The notes below the pieces were generated by a model, which was not told the DNA's origin, ran no database searches, and worked only from the letters and a program-made list of their open reading frames with translations. A DNA stretch of 55,670 nt. It comes from an uncultured bacterium. Lineage in GTDB: Bacteria; Patescibacteriota; Minisyncoccia; Phycocordibacterales; CAINVO01. Shown piece after piece: positions 1 through 9,175 of this stretch (position 1 is its first letter; each line of letters begins with the position of its first letter). The stretch is taken from NCBI GenBank assembly GCA_903854195.1, contig CAINVO010000026.1, forward strand, positions 1 to 55,670, written 5' to 3'. Position numbers and translations under genes: made by a program.

Positions 1-129
1 AGCTAACAAAACTATAGCTAGAAATACCAATATTAAAGAATTTGATGACATGCAAAAAGTATATCAAATATACTCCAATTTGTGTTAAAAATATGCTAAT
101 ATGACCTTAAATAAATTAAGAAAAAATAT

Positions 130-585
130 ATGTCAATACAACTAGATATCAAGGCGGGCATCAAAGATGCAATGATTAAAAAAGAAGAGATCAGACTATC
201 AGTACTACGCGGGCTTTCATCTGCTTTTACAAATGAACTAGTTTCACAAAAAAGAATGCCTCAGGAAGAACTTTCTGATGAAGATGCAATTAATGTTATC
301 CGTCGCGCACTAAAACAAAGAAAAGATTCTATTGAACAATTTGAAAAAGGCGGACGACCTGACCTAGCAGAAGGAGAAAAAGCAGAACTTGCAATACTTG
401 AAACATTTCTTCCAAAACTTATGAGCAAAGAAGAAATTCTAGTTGTCGTTGAAGCTAAGAAAGCTGAACTTGGCGAAATTGACCCTGCAAAAATTGGCAT
501 TTTCATTGGTGCTGTTATGAAAGAACTTAAAGGAAAAGCCGATGGTGCAGATGTAAAAGATGTTGTAGAATCATTACTCAGATAA
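130..585 (+). CDS. yqeY: GatB/YqeY domain protein
   Basis: 151 aa; IKDAMIKKEEIRLSVLRGL, KQRKDSIEQFEKGGRPDLAEGEKAELAILETFLP, IGAVMKELKGKADG match the YqeY pattern. Confidence 0.92.
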   Translation: MSIQLDIKAGIKDAMIKKEEIRLSVLRGLSSAFTNELVSQKRMPQEELSDEDAINVIRRALKQRKDSIEQFEKGGRPDLAEGEKAELAILETFLPKLMSKEEILVVVEAKKAELGEIDPAKIGIFIGAVMKELKGKADGADVKDVVESLLR

Positions 586-599
586 ACCCATAAATTTTT

Positions 600-962
600 A
601 TGAGTAACGAAGCTCCCATAAACACCAATGAAGAACCTTTGCTTCCTGGATTTGAGGAGGCATCACAAACAAAGAACACACCTACCGAAGTACCAGTAGA
701 GAAAAAACAGCCTGGCCCCCTTATGCGTATGTACCTCGAAAAGTGTGAGGATATTAACACTGAAAAAGAACTAAAAGAAGCTAATGATAAGCTTCTTGCT
801 GCAAGACTTGAGGATGAAAAAGATAAGGCTTCAAAAGCTATTGCGGCTAAAAATGTTGTCCCTCAAAAAACTATCAGTGAGACAGACTCTATTTCACAAA
901 AAGGCGAACCACAAACAGGAGGATGGCTAGCTGATTGGGAAAGAAAACACGACGAGAACTAA
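600..962 (+). CDS. hypothetical acidic protein
   Basis: 120-aa ORF 14 nt after yqeY, followed by a hairpin. Confidence 0.7.
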   Translation: MSNEAPINTNEEPLLPGFEEASQTKNTPTEVPVEKKQPGPLMRMYLEKCEDINTEKELKEANDKLLAARLEDEKDKASKAIAAKNVVPQKTISETDSISQKGEPQTGGWLADWERKHDEN

Positions 963-1001
963 AGCCAGCAAACACTTAATTATGTGCAAGCTGGCTTTCT
1001 C
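961..1001 (+). terminator. intrinsic terminator-like hairpin
   Basis: AAAGCCAGC(961-969)...GCTGGCTTT(990-998) directly after the stop codon. Confidence 0.65.
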
Positions 1002-1067
1002 TTTGGACTGTTGTAAAATTGAAAGAAATTAACCGTAGTAAATGTATAAGCATTATATAAAAACAAA

Positions 1068-2123
1068 GTGAACAAGAAAGGCATCATTAAAAATTTTTCA
1101 ATCATTTTTTCTAGTGCCATTTTGGGTGCAATTATTTTTCATTTCTATTATGTTCTTAAGAGTCAAAATCCTACCAATCAACCCAAACTAATAGTCGCCC
1201 GAGAAAATTCAGCAAATTTTAAATTCATAAATCCAATACTTTTTACTGACACAGGATCAAAAAATGATTATCCTGAACTCAAAAACCTACAGAACAATAT
1301 ACAAAAATATATAAGCAGTCAGACAAATTCAGGTAATGCCTCTGATATATCAGTCTACATAAGAAATATGAACTCCGGTCACTGGACAGGTGTGAATGAG
1401 AATGACACATATGCACCCGCAAGTATGCTAAAAGTTGCAATGCTTATTGCTTACAAAAAACTATCGGAATCTGATCCAACTGTACTAAATAAAAATTTAT
1501 TTTATATAAAAAATCTAGACAATAAAGAATACTTCAAATCTACAGACTCGCTTCAAGGCAACCAATCCTATACAGCAAGCGAACTGATAAACGACATGAT
1601 TACCAGATCAGGAAACGATTCTCAAGATGCATTATTAAAAAATATTGATGCCACTTTTTTAAGTGAAGTTTATGATGACCTTCTTATTACACTTCCCCAC
1701 GATAATAATGGCGATATAGATTTTCTTTCACCCAAAGCTTATTCGTGGCTATTCCGCACACTTTACAATGGCGCATACCTCAGCAATGCTGATTCCGAAA
1801 ATTCACTATCACTGCTATCCCAAACCGAATTTGACCAAGGATTAAAATCTGGATTACCAGCTTGGATTACTGTATCTCATAAATTTGGAGAAAGAACAAA
1901 ATTAGCTGATGACGGAATTACAGTGACAGGAAGAGAGCTTCATGACTGTGGAATTGTTTACTATCCAAACTACCCATATTTTATTTGTGTGATGACAAAA
2001 GGTAATGACTTTAACAATCTAGAGAATGTTATTCAATCAATATCAAAAATGACATTTGATGAAGTTGAGCTGAACCTTGCAGAAACAGCAAGTACAACGA
2101 GCACGAACGCTCCTACAGATTAA
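1068..2123 (+). CDS. membrane-anchored serine hydrolase, class A beta-lactamase-like
   Basis: N-terminal TM; SxxK (ASMLK), SGN at SDN position, HKFG at KTG position, HDCGIVY; GTG start. Confidence 0.85.
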   Translation: MNKKGIIKNFSIIFSSAILGAIIFHFYYVLKSQNPTNQPKLIVARENSANFKFINPILFTDTGSKNDYPELKNLQNNIQKYISSQTNSGNASDISVYIRNMNSGHWTGVNENDTYAPASMLKVAMLIAYKKLSESDPTVLNKNLFYIKNLDNKEYFKSTDSLQGNQSYTASELINDMITRSGNDSQDALLKNIDATFLSEVYDDLLITLPHDNNGDIDFLSPKAYSWLFRTLYNGAYLSNADSENSLSLLSQTEFDQGLKSGLPAWITVSHKFGERTKLADDGITVTGRELHDCGIVYYPNYPYFICVMTKGNDFNNLENVIQSISKMTFDEVELNLAETASTTSTNAPTD

Positions 2124-2186
2124 TTGACGGATTTGTACTAATTTAATTAAACAAAATCTAAACCCTTGTATAGTTACCTTACTTAT

Positions 2187-2756
2187 TTAGTATTTTCTAA
2201 TCACACCTTTAACAATAGCAGCTATTTCTAATTGATACTCTGGATAAATTGGTTTGAAATTTTTATTAGCTGGTTCCAGCCAAATTTTATTACCTTTTTT
2301 TCTAAAAAATTTCATTGTCCAACCTTCATCAACTTGAGCGATAACGATATCACCATCTTTTGCCTCGGACTTTTTCCATTCAGCAATAACGAGATCCCCT
2401 TCTCTTATGCCAGCATCAATCATTGAATCACCCTTTACTTCGAGCATATAGGTAGACTCTTTGTTGCCAATAAGGTATTCATCGATACTCATTGTATCTA
2501 GATTTTCTTGTTCTGCAGCCGTAGGAAAACCAGCTTCAACTAATCCGAGTAAAGGTATCTCACCAATAATCTTATTTGGTATAAGGCGACCCTTAGAATC
2601 TTTTTTAACCATCCCCTCTTCAACCAATTTATTAACAAGCTTGTATACGGCGTTTTTGGATTTGAATCCAACTAGAGTCATTATTTCCTGATAACTTGGC
2701 ATACGCTTATGCGACTTGTAAAACCCAAGTATTTTATTTTTGTAATTTTCAATCAT
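2187..2756 (-). CDS. lexA: LexA SOS repressor (wHTH + S24 peptidase)
   Basis: MPSYQEIMTLVGFKSKNAV HTH, Ala-Gly cleavage site VEAGFP, catalytic Ser GDSM and Lys TMKF; ATG 2756 preferred over the ORF-track start 2801. Confidence 0.9.
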   Translation of the reverse strand: MIENYKNKILGFYKSHKRMPSYQEIMTLVGFKSKNAVYKLVNKLVEEGMVKKDSKGRLIPNKIIGEIPLLGLVEAGFPTAAEQENLDTMSIDEYLIGNKESTYMLEVKGDSMIDAGIREGDLVIAEWKKSEAKDGDIVIAQVDEGWTMKFFRKKGNKIWLEPANKNFKPIYPEYQLEIAAIVKGVIRKY

Positions 2757-2818
2757 TTTATATATTTTAATCTGTACCGTTAGGACTCTACTTATGACCA
2801 ACTAATTATACTACCCTT

Positions 2819-3031
2819 TTACAAAATAAATGTAGAAACAAAACTGAGAGACTTGCTCATCCAGCCAAATGAATTTGAGGATCTGGTCATTTTGTAAAGT
2901 TGAACTCTCAAATACTGATGCCTCTGTGCTTCTCTTTTGTAGGAAAGACCTCTTACAATTTTTCGATCAATTTCTCGGTTGAGAATCTCAATCTCTTTTT
3001 GTGTTTCCTTTATTGTATTATTTTTGCTCAT
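2819..3031 (-). CDS. small hypothetical protein, probably co-transcribed with lexA
   Basis: 70-aa ORF between the SOS-box promoter and lexA. Confidence 0.6.
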   Translation of the reverse strand: MSKNNTIKETQKEIEILNREIDRKIVRGLSYKREAQRHQYLRVQLYKMTRSSNSFGWMSKSLSFVSTFIL

Positions 3032-3082
3032 GGTTTTTATTTTATATAATTTACCTGTACTTAACCCTGCTTTGTTATTTAT

Positions 3083-3111
3083 ATTATAAGTGAACTATCG
3101 TTCACCCGCAA
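3083..3111 (-). promoter_or_regulatory. sigma70 promoter whose spacer is an SOS-box palindrome
   Basis: minus strand TTGCGG-17 nt-TATAAT; spacer contains GTGAAC-N4-GTTCAC (3090-3105). Confidence 0.8.
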
Positions 3112-3207
3112 GCTTATACCTGGGGATAACTAACACTGCTCGGCTATCCCCCCTTTTTGCTTTGCTTAAAGACTACAAACATGTTTATATACAAGTAGAA
3201 TTTTTGT

Positions 3208-3846
3208 ATGAGTGAAGTAAAAAGCATCTTCGGTTGCTATTACCCTGACAAAAAAGAATTCAATGCGAGAGTATTTTTTACCGAAAATATTACGGCCCTT
3301 GCAGAACTTTTCGGTATTGAATATTACGACCTTGATTTAGTTTTTGGATACGAGGCAAAATCAAACGTTAGGTTGGTAATGGGAACGAGGAAATTTCCTA
3401 TTAACCTAAAAGGTAAGATCGATATCACAAATCACAAACTTAGAGTCTTTTACAACCTTTCAGTAATTGAAAATTCGTTGATTAAAGCCAATGAGGAAGG
3501 CATCGAATATTTAGCGGGACAGGCCTGGTGCTATATCGCTGAAATATTTAGAACCTTTGTGATTCTTGAGGGGAAGGTCAAACAAAAAGAACTACTACCC
3601 TCGGACATGTTTGTCAGATTCAACATCAGACAAACATATTCTAAGGTGGTCGAACAATTTGTCACACCTGGATGCAATTGGAGTCCCGAAAGATTAGCTC
3701 GTGAGTTTGACGTTACTTTCATCAGCACATATATTGCACAAATGGTTGCAGCATGGGCGGTAAAAGATAATGAGTTTGACCTTGAAGAAGTTGCGGACAT
3801 CATACGCAAGACCAAGCGCTTCAATATCAAAATTGCACCGCTCTAA
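3208..3846 (+). CDS. hypothetical protein (weak ImmA/IrrE-like pattern, no HExxH)
   Basis: 212-aa ORF divergent from the lexA unit, followed by a terminator. Confidence 0.7.
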   Translation: MSEVKSIFGCYYPDKKEFNARVFFTENITALAELFGIEYYDLDLVFGYEAKSNVRLVMGTRKFPINLKGKIDITNHKLRVFYNLSVIENSLIKANEEGIEYLAGQAWCYIAEIFRTFVILEGKVKQKELLPSDMFVRFNIRQTYSKVVEQFVTPGCNWSPERLAREFDVTFISTYIAQMVAAWAVKDNEFDLEEVADIIRKTKRFNIKIAPL

Positions 3847-3907
3847 AAATCGGGAAAAATAACAAGGGTTGGACGGTATATACAGCCAACGAAACAAATC
3901 TAAAAGC

Positions 3908-3942
3908 AAACGGGCCCCTGCAACAAAGGTGGCCCGTTTTTT
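3908..3942. terminator. bidirectional terminator hairpin
   Basis: AAACGGGCC...GGCCCGTTTTTT between convergent genes. Confidence 0.75.
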
Positions 3943-4005
3943 ATTTTACTCACAAAATCCCTGTGGAATCAAAATTTAAAAATATTTTAATTTTGATAAC
4001 TTTAC

Positions 4006-4653
4006 CTAATTAGATGTTTTTTCAGTTATTAGACTGTAATCATTAGAAAATAAATATTTGGACATTACAAAAATACTATAGGTAATATAGGGCGCTGCAA
4101 ACACATCAATTGAATAGTGAACATGTGCCAACAAAACAGAAATTCCGAAAAGCAGTGACACAGATAAAAAGATGTACCTCAAAACTTTTTCATTCCAAAA
4201 AATTAAGGCAAAAAGAAATGGAAATCCAGTATGTCCTGAAAAGAAAAATCCAGCTGTCATTCCGAGACTGCCGTATATGTTATCCCAAAATCCCTTATCT
4301 AAGACTACGCTGTTTGGATAAATACCAAGGTGAGTCAGAGCGTTAAACATTGCTCGTGTAGCAATAAATATTGCCCCAGCTTTTAAAGAAAAAATAAGAT
4401 ATTTAGGTTTTGAAATAACCAGGAGTGTTACAAATAATGTAAAAATAAACGCACCCTCAACTATTATAGTATTGAGACCAACTACTGGCAGATTATCCAA
4501 TAAAATATCCCTAACAAAATTACTAGAAACTCTAGTTGTGTAGGCGGATGCGTAAAGCTGGAAAATCAATGCGAGCGCAAATATGACAATGCCTATCATT
4601 AATGATTTTTTTCTTTCTTCTGTAAAGAACCCTTTGTAATGAAAATATGTCAT
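4006..4653 (-). CDS. PAP2-superfamily membrane protein, sphingomyelin/IPC-synthase-like
   Basis: about 6 TM; FFSGHT and HYSIDV correspond to the SMS D3/D4 catalytic motifs. Confidence 0.8.
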   Translation of the reverse strand: MTYFHYKGFFTEERKKSLMIGIVIFALALIFQLYASAYTTRVSSNFVRDILLDNLPVVGLNTIIVEGAFIFTLFVTLLVISKPKYLIFSLKAGAIFIATRAMFNALTHLGIYPNSVVLDKGFWDNIYGSLGMTAGFFFSGHTGFPFLFALIFWNEKVLRYIFLSVSLLFGISVLLAHVHYSIDVFAAPYITYSIFVMSKYLFSNDYSLITEKTSN

Positions 4654-4732
4654 AATATGAGTATTGGATATAAAAGTTATTTATTATTTGTGTCCAATCA
4701 ATTATATCAAATATATCTAAAAAATATATAAA

Positions 4733-5470
4733 ATGCCTGAAAAAGAAATGAAATTGAGTGTAATAATCCCTGCCTATAATGAAGAAAAATTCATTGAAAG
4801 GTGTCTTAAATCTGTATTTGAAAACATACCGGAAGTGACAGAAGTGATCGTTGTAGACAACAATAGTACTGACAAAACCTCAGAAATTGCTAATAAACTA
4901 TCCCTACAATTCCCAAAAATTAAAGTTATAAAGGAAACAAACAAAGGAACAAACAAGGCTCGACAAAGAGGTTTTGAAGAAGCTAAAGGAGAACTACTTG
5001 TTTTTATTGATGCTGACACCTCAGTACCTGCTGGTTGGTATAACAAAATTGTAAAAAACTTTAGTGAGGATAAAAATCTAGTTTGCCTTAGTGGTCCAGT
5101 TTTCTTTACCGACATATCAAGACTCATGCAAATAGCTGCTGGGTTTTATTTTTACATACTAGCCATGCCTATTTACTATACCATTGGATATATGGCTATT
5201 GGCGCAAACCTTGTCATTAAAAAAGATGTACTCAAAAAAATGGGTGGTTTTGATATTTCAATTGACTTCTATGGTGATGACACTGACACAGCAAGACGAG
5301 CAAGTAAGTTTGGTAAAGTAAAATTTAGTCCAGACTTTGTTATAAACACTTCAGGACGAAGGCTGGCGCAGCAAGGACTACTATCAGCTGGAACAAAATA
5401 TACAGCAAACTTTTTTTCACAAGTTTTTATCCATAAAACTGTAAATAAAAAATATACGGACCACAGATAG
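4733..5470 (+). CDS. glycosyltransferase family 2
   Basis: SVIIPAYNEE, VVDNNSTD, DAD motif, GGFD...GDD. Confidence 0.93.
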   Translation: MPEKEMKLSVIIPAYNEEKFIERCLKSVFENIPEVTEVIVVDNNSTDKTSEIANKLSLQFPKIKVIKETNKGTNKARQRGFEEAKGELLVFIDADTSVPAGWYNKIVKNFSEDKNLVCLSGPVFFTDISRLMQIAAGFYFYILAMPIYYTIGYMAIGANLVIKKDVLKKMGGFDISIDFYGDDTDTARRASKFGKVKFSPDFVINTSGRRLAQQGLLSAGTKYTANFFSQVFIHKTVNKKYTDHR

Positions 5471-5499
5471 AAAATAAAAAAACCAAATTTAATTTAGCA

Positions 5500-5539
5500 A
5501 AAAAAACAGCCGCCACGCATAACACGTGACGGCTTTTTT
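5500..5539. terminator. bidirectional terminator
   Basis: A-run, AGCCG-CCACG...CGTG-ACGGCT, T-run, between convergent genes. Confidence 0.7.
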
Positions 5540-5552
5540 CGGAGGAAATTTC

Positions 5553-6038
5553 TTAGCCGATCAAAGCATCTTTCAAAAGATGCTGATGGCACACAGAGGT
5601 TTTTAAACAGTCTTTAACATGTTGGACAAGGTCCAATGGTTGTGTTTCTTTTTTAGACAGAACCGTCACATGATTCCCCACAATTACATACTCTGTCTCT
5701 GTTGCTTTAGCCTTTCGGTTATTTTTAGCAACGCAGAGATTAGTGAGAATGACCTGTCTCAGACTTTCTGGGTACAACGAGGTAAGAAGATTACTAAACG
5801 GAACACCACCCAAAATACCTTGTTCCGTTTGATCTTTTTCAAACTCATGACCATGAGGCATCATTGGTTCAATAATGACCAGAGAAATTTTCTGTCGGTT
5901 ATTGAGAATGAACGAAATTGCTTCAGGAAATGTTTGAAAGTGCTGAAGCTTAAAATGTTTGGCCAAAGCCATAACATAATGATGCGTAAATTGTGTGAGT
6001 CTGTCGACATACACAATCAAAGGTTTTCTATTAGCCAT
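5553..6038 (-). CDS. stand-alone atypical receiver-domain protein
   Basis: LIVYVD, ISLVIIEPMMP, VILTN follow the CheY-like topology; ATG 6038 preferred. Confidence 0.6.
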   Translation of the reverse strand: MANRKPLIVYVDRLTQFTHHYVMALAKHFKLQHFQTFPEAISFILNNRQKISLVIIEPMMPHGHEFEKDQTEQGILGGVPFSNLLTSLYPESLRQVILTNLCVAKNNRKAKATETEYVIVGNHVTVLSKKETQPLDLVQHVKDCLKTSVCHQHLLKDALIG

Positions 6039-6132
6039 ATTCTTAAATCTCAAAATCTCCTTGTAAAATAACACTATCTGAACGATTTGTCAATATAAAA
6101 ATTAATTAAATTTTAATGGGTTTTAATCGACT

Positions 6133-6792
6133 ATGACACAAAACAGACCAGCTTCCCCGCAATCTTGTATTTCAAATATAAATCCTGTAGTATCGGCTAA
6201 GATAGAAAATATGATCCAGAAAATAGAATATGCGGAGACAATTTTTGGTGGCACAAATAAAGTAAAACGCATTATAGTAGAAGAAATTATTAGCAGGCGG
6301 CAAGAAAGAAGGCTGAGCCACGAACAAATGGATGGCCTATTCCGACAAAACGCTGACTGGCCAAGAATGTTGGAGATTGAAGAAAATCCAACTCTTCTAA
6401 CTTATAATTTTTTACGAGAATCAATGTGGTTACTTTTTGGTAATCTAAGTGCACTAAAAATCTGGGGGTACACTGATCTCGCAACGGGAAAAGCGATTAG
6501 CGATAGGGTGCGAGAATATCTCATTGAAAATCCAGAGGTTGTAGAGTTGGCTATGGCTGAGTTCCAGCAATACCACAAAATACTACATATCACCAACTAT
6601 TCACCTAGCCCCGATAAGTACATTGAGAACATGCTTCAACGGATGAGATTGATTCAACGCCCTGACAAACCCGATATTATTGTTGGGCAAATCAGGAGTG
6701 GCCACATCAACCAATTTACCCCCCTTCAGTATGCGTGCATTCATATTGATATTGAAATCATGAGATCCTTAAATGTGATAACTGAAAAATAA
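6133..6792 (+). CDS. hypothetical protein
   Basis: 219-aa ORF followed by a hairpin at about 6851-6888. Confidence 0.75.
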   Translation: MTQNRPASPQSCISNINPVVSAKIENMIQKIEYAETIFGGTNKVKRIIVEEIISRRQERRLSHEQMDGLFRQNADWPRMLEIEENPTLLTYNFLRESMWLLFGNLSALKIWGYTDLATGKAISDRVREYLIENPEVVELAMAEFQQYHKILHITNYSPSPDKYIENMLQRMRLIQRPDKPDIIVGQIRSGHINQFTPLQYACIHIDIEIMRSLNVITEK

Positions 6793-6912
6793 GAATGAGC
6801 GCTAAATACCCAACATCTTAAATGTAATAGGCCTAGCGACTTCAAAAATCAAAACACCCCGCCAAATAAAAATGGTTGGGTGTTTTTCAATTAAATCAGA
6901 GAACAAAGATTA

Positions 6913-7419
6913 TTAAATAAAATATTTTTTATGTAAAGCAATGGGAAGTCCTGCATTCATCGCCTTATCAATAGTATCCTGAGTACCAACACTTTGATTG
7001 ACCTGAAAAGCATGAACCTCATCTGAAACCTTTACTTCTTCTGTATCCCTCATGAAATAATGTTCTTGAGTGATAGTGTGATAAGGCATCTCAACTAAAC
7101 TTGTTGGATTTATTTTTTTAATTTTTCTCAAAATGAAAGCCATATCATCAATATCTTTTTTTGTAATTGGTGGATGACACCAGTTCACATAATAATCATT
7201 TATAAAATCTTCAAGATAAGCAGGAATTATCACTCTCAGACTTGAGCCATCTGGACATAATTGTAAAGCTTCATCCATGCAAAAAAAATCTACACCTGTA
7301 CCTCCTCCTGTAAGGACTCCGTCGCCACGTTTAAGAACTTCACGCACAGAGGCTCTAACATCTTCCTCCACCTGCTTATTAGTAATCTTCCATGTCCCCG
7401 TAAATAAAATCCATTTCAT
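6913..7419 (-). CDS. SLOG-superfamily (DprA/LOG/YpsA-like) protein
   Basis: ILFTGTWK, VLTGGGTGVD, VGTQDTIDKA; ATG 7419 preferred. Confidence 0.7.
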   Translation of the reverse strand: MKWILFTGTWKITNKQVEEDVRASVREVLKRGDGVLTGGGTGVDFFCMDEALQLCPDGSSLRVIIPAYLEDFINDYYVNWCHPPITKKDIDDMAFILRKIKKINPTSLVEMPYHTITQEHYFMRDTEEVKVSDEVHAFQVNQSVGTQDTIDKAMNAGLPIALHKKYFI

Positions 7420-7501
7420 AGGTAAAGTATACCAGAGCAATTCACAATGTTAATTACTTGTGAATTAAGGCTAAAAATACCTTGAAGCAATTTGACTAGA
7501 G

Positions 7502-7675
7502 TTAGAGACCCATTAATCTTATTTTGATATACAAAGTAAGCATGCCAATTGCAAAACCATAAACAAATATGAGTGTGCTATTGAAACGATTACCGCCATT
7601 GATGAAATATGTGAGGCCTAACAAAACCGCTAAAGCAATAATAATGCCAACAAAGAAGCTAGTGGGTATTTCCAT
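7502..7675 (-). CDS. 57-aa two-TM membrane protein (below the ORF-track cutoff)
   Basis: manual translation MEIPTSFFVGIIIALAVLLGLTYFINGGNRFNSTLIFVYGFAIGMLTLYIKIRLMGL. Confidence 0.65.
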   Translation of the reverse strand: MEIPTSFFVGIIIALAVLLGLTYFINGGNRFNSTLIFVYGFAIGMLTLYIKIRLMGL

Positions 7676-7793
7676 ATAATTAAGAGATTAGATTATTAAA
7701 CTACCTACATTCATTATGTTCCTACAAGTCATAATTGACAAACACTACTTTAATGATACTTTAAGTCCAGTTACTATCGGATAACTTAGTACC

Positions 7794-8522
7794 ATGAAAA
7801 ATAATGCATCGTCTGAAGTAGAAGAAATGTGGGAATCACTCCTCAATTTCACATGTCTCGAAACGGAAGCAAGCGAACTTGCGTATATGTGTGACAAAGC
7901 AAACCCGAACAATAAAAAACAAAGCTGTTTCAAAACGGCTATGGCAAAGAAAAAATATGAGAAATTGTATAACAAACCTCTTTCCAGGATAGCTTCTGGA
8001 TTGTTGATTGTTTCCCTGCTGATCATATCTTTTTGTTTTTTACTAGGCACAGGAGGTCGTATGTTCAAAGGAGAACCCTTTGTTGTTATTCTTTGTTTGA
8101 TCGGGATTACCACATTTGGTATTTACCTGACAAGAAGAATGCGCAAGGAAAACTTACTCAGAGACAAAATCGACCATGACACAGTCGTCTTCTTTGAGCG
8201 TGCCGCGGAAATCTACTTAGTTCTTTTTAAGCACTTTGACCAAACAACAACGTTTGACCTTTGCAGCGCGATCGAGAGATTGGTCAGTGATTTGACTGAT
8301 ACAATAAAAATGAGTCCTAATCTTCGTGACCCATCTGAGCCAGATCAAGATCCTGTTGCTGAAGAAAGATTACTTCTAAAAACTGCTGTGGATTTAGTTG
8401 TCCATCTCGAATTGATGGGTACTAATAAAATAAATGCACTGCTATCCAACAAGAACGACTGTGAGGCACTCAAAAAATATAGGGCGGAAATGCTCTACAA
8501 AAAACTCTTTGAGACCGCCTGA
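7794..8522 (+). CDS. hypothetical two-TM protein
   Basis: 242 aa with two hydrophobic segments; long hairpin at about 8549-8600. Confidence 0.75.
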   Translation: MKNNASSEVEEMWESLLNFTCLETEASELAYMCDKANPNNKKQSCFKTAMAKKKYEKLYNKPLSRIASGLLIVSLLIISFCFLLGTGGRMFKGEPFVVILCLIGITTFGIYLTRRMRKENLLRDKIDHDTVVFFERAAEIYLVLFKHFDQTTTFDLCSAIERLVSDLTDTIKMSPNLRDPSEPDQDPVAEERLLLKTAVDLVVHLELMGTNKINALLSNKNDCEALKKYRAEMLYKKLFETA

Positions 8523-8600
8523 TCAAGACCATGGCAATATTGCCAAATAACCCGACCAGTTCCAATAAGATTTACAATCTTTGTGGAATAGGTCGGGTTT

Positions 8601-9152
8601 TTATATTATTTTCCCATTAACCCTTGGCCACTTCTCCTTCCATTTTTTATCAGCCATTCTCTTTTTTAATAATTCACTATCCCCCTTAAATTTAGGACTA
8701 ATTCTTATTTTAAAATTAATCAAATCATCTATACCATAAGGTGCTATGAGTTTTAATTTATTATTTTTATCCAAAGTCACCCCGATAGCGGTTACCGTTT
8801 CGGGCCATTGCGATATTGCATCTTCTGTAGATTTATATGGAGGTAGATTGTTCCATTTATGTGCGTAATATTCATTTACCACTTCCCAGGTTATACCAGT
8901 TTTCTGTCTTAGCTTTTCTGACAATTCCTCATCAGCCTTTTCATCATTTCCATTTGGATCAAAATAAACTAAATCAATGTCTCTTGTATCTACGGTTTCT
9001 TTTTCAATTTCTAAAAGATGATTCCAGACTTTATTTCTTACAAATCCAGCACCTATAATCCAATCTTTTAGATTTAGAGCGGCCGCAGCATAGATGACGC
9101 TCATCATCCATTTGTCTTGTAATATCAAGTTGAGGATATCTTGTTCAGTCAT
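8601..9152 (-). CDS. nucleotidyltransferase family protein (DUF925-like)
   Basis: WIIGAGFVRNKVW, DIDLVYFD, WEVVN, WPETVTAIG, APYGIDDL. Confidence 0.88.
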   Translation of the reverse strand: MTEQDILNLILQDKWMMSVIYAAAALNLKDWIIGAGFVRNKVWNHLLEIEKETVDTRDIDLVYFDPNGNDEKADEELSEKLRQKTGITWEVVNEYYAHKWNNLPPYKSTEDAISQWPETVTAIGVTLDKNNKLKLIAPYGIDDLINFKIRISPKFKGDSELLKKRMADKKWKEKWPRVNGKII

Positions 9153-9175
9153 TTATTTTATATTTCAATAATTTT

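Noticed and set aside
3121-3129. TGGGGATAA, one mismatch from a DnaA box; oriC considered here and at 17.9-18.1 kb
   Set aside because: Isolated boxes, no cluster, no dnaA/dnaN nearby
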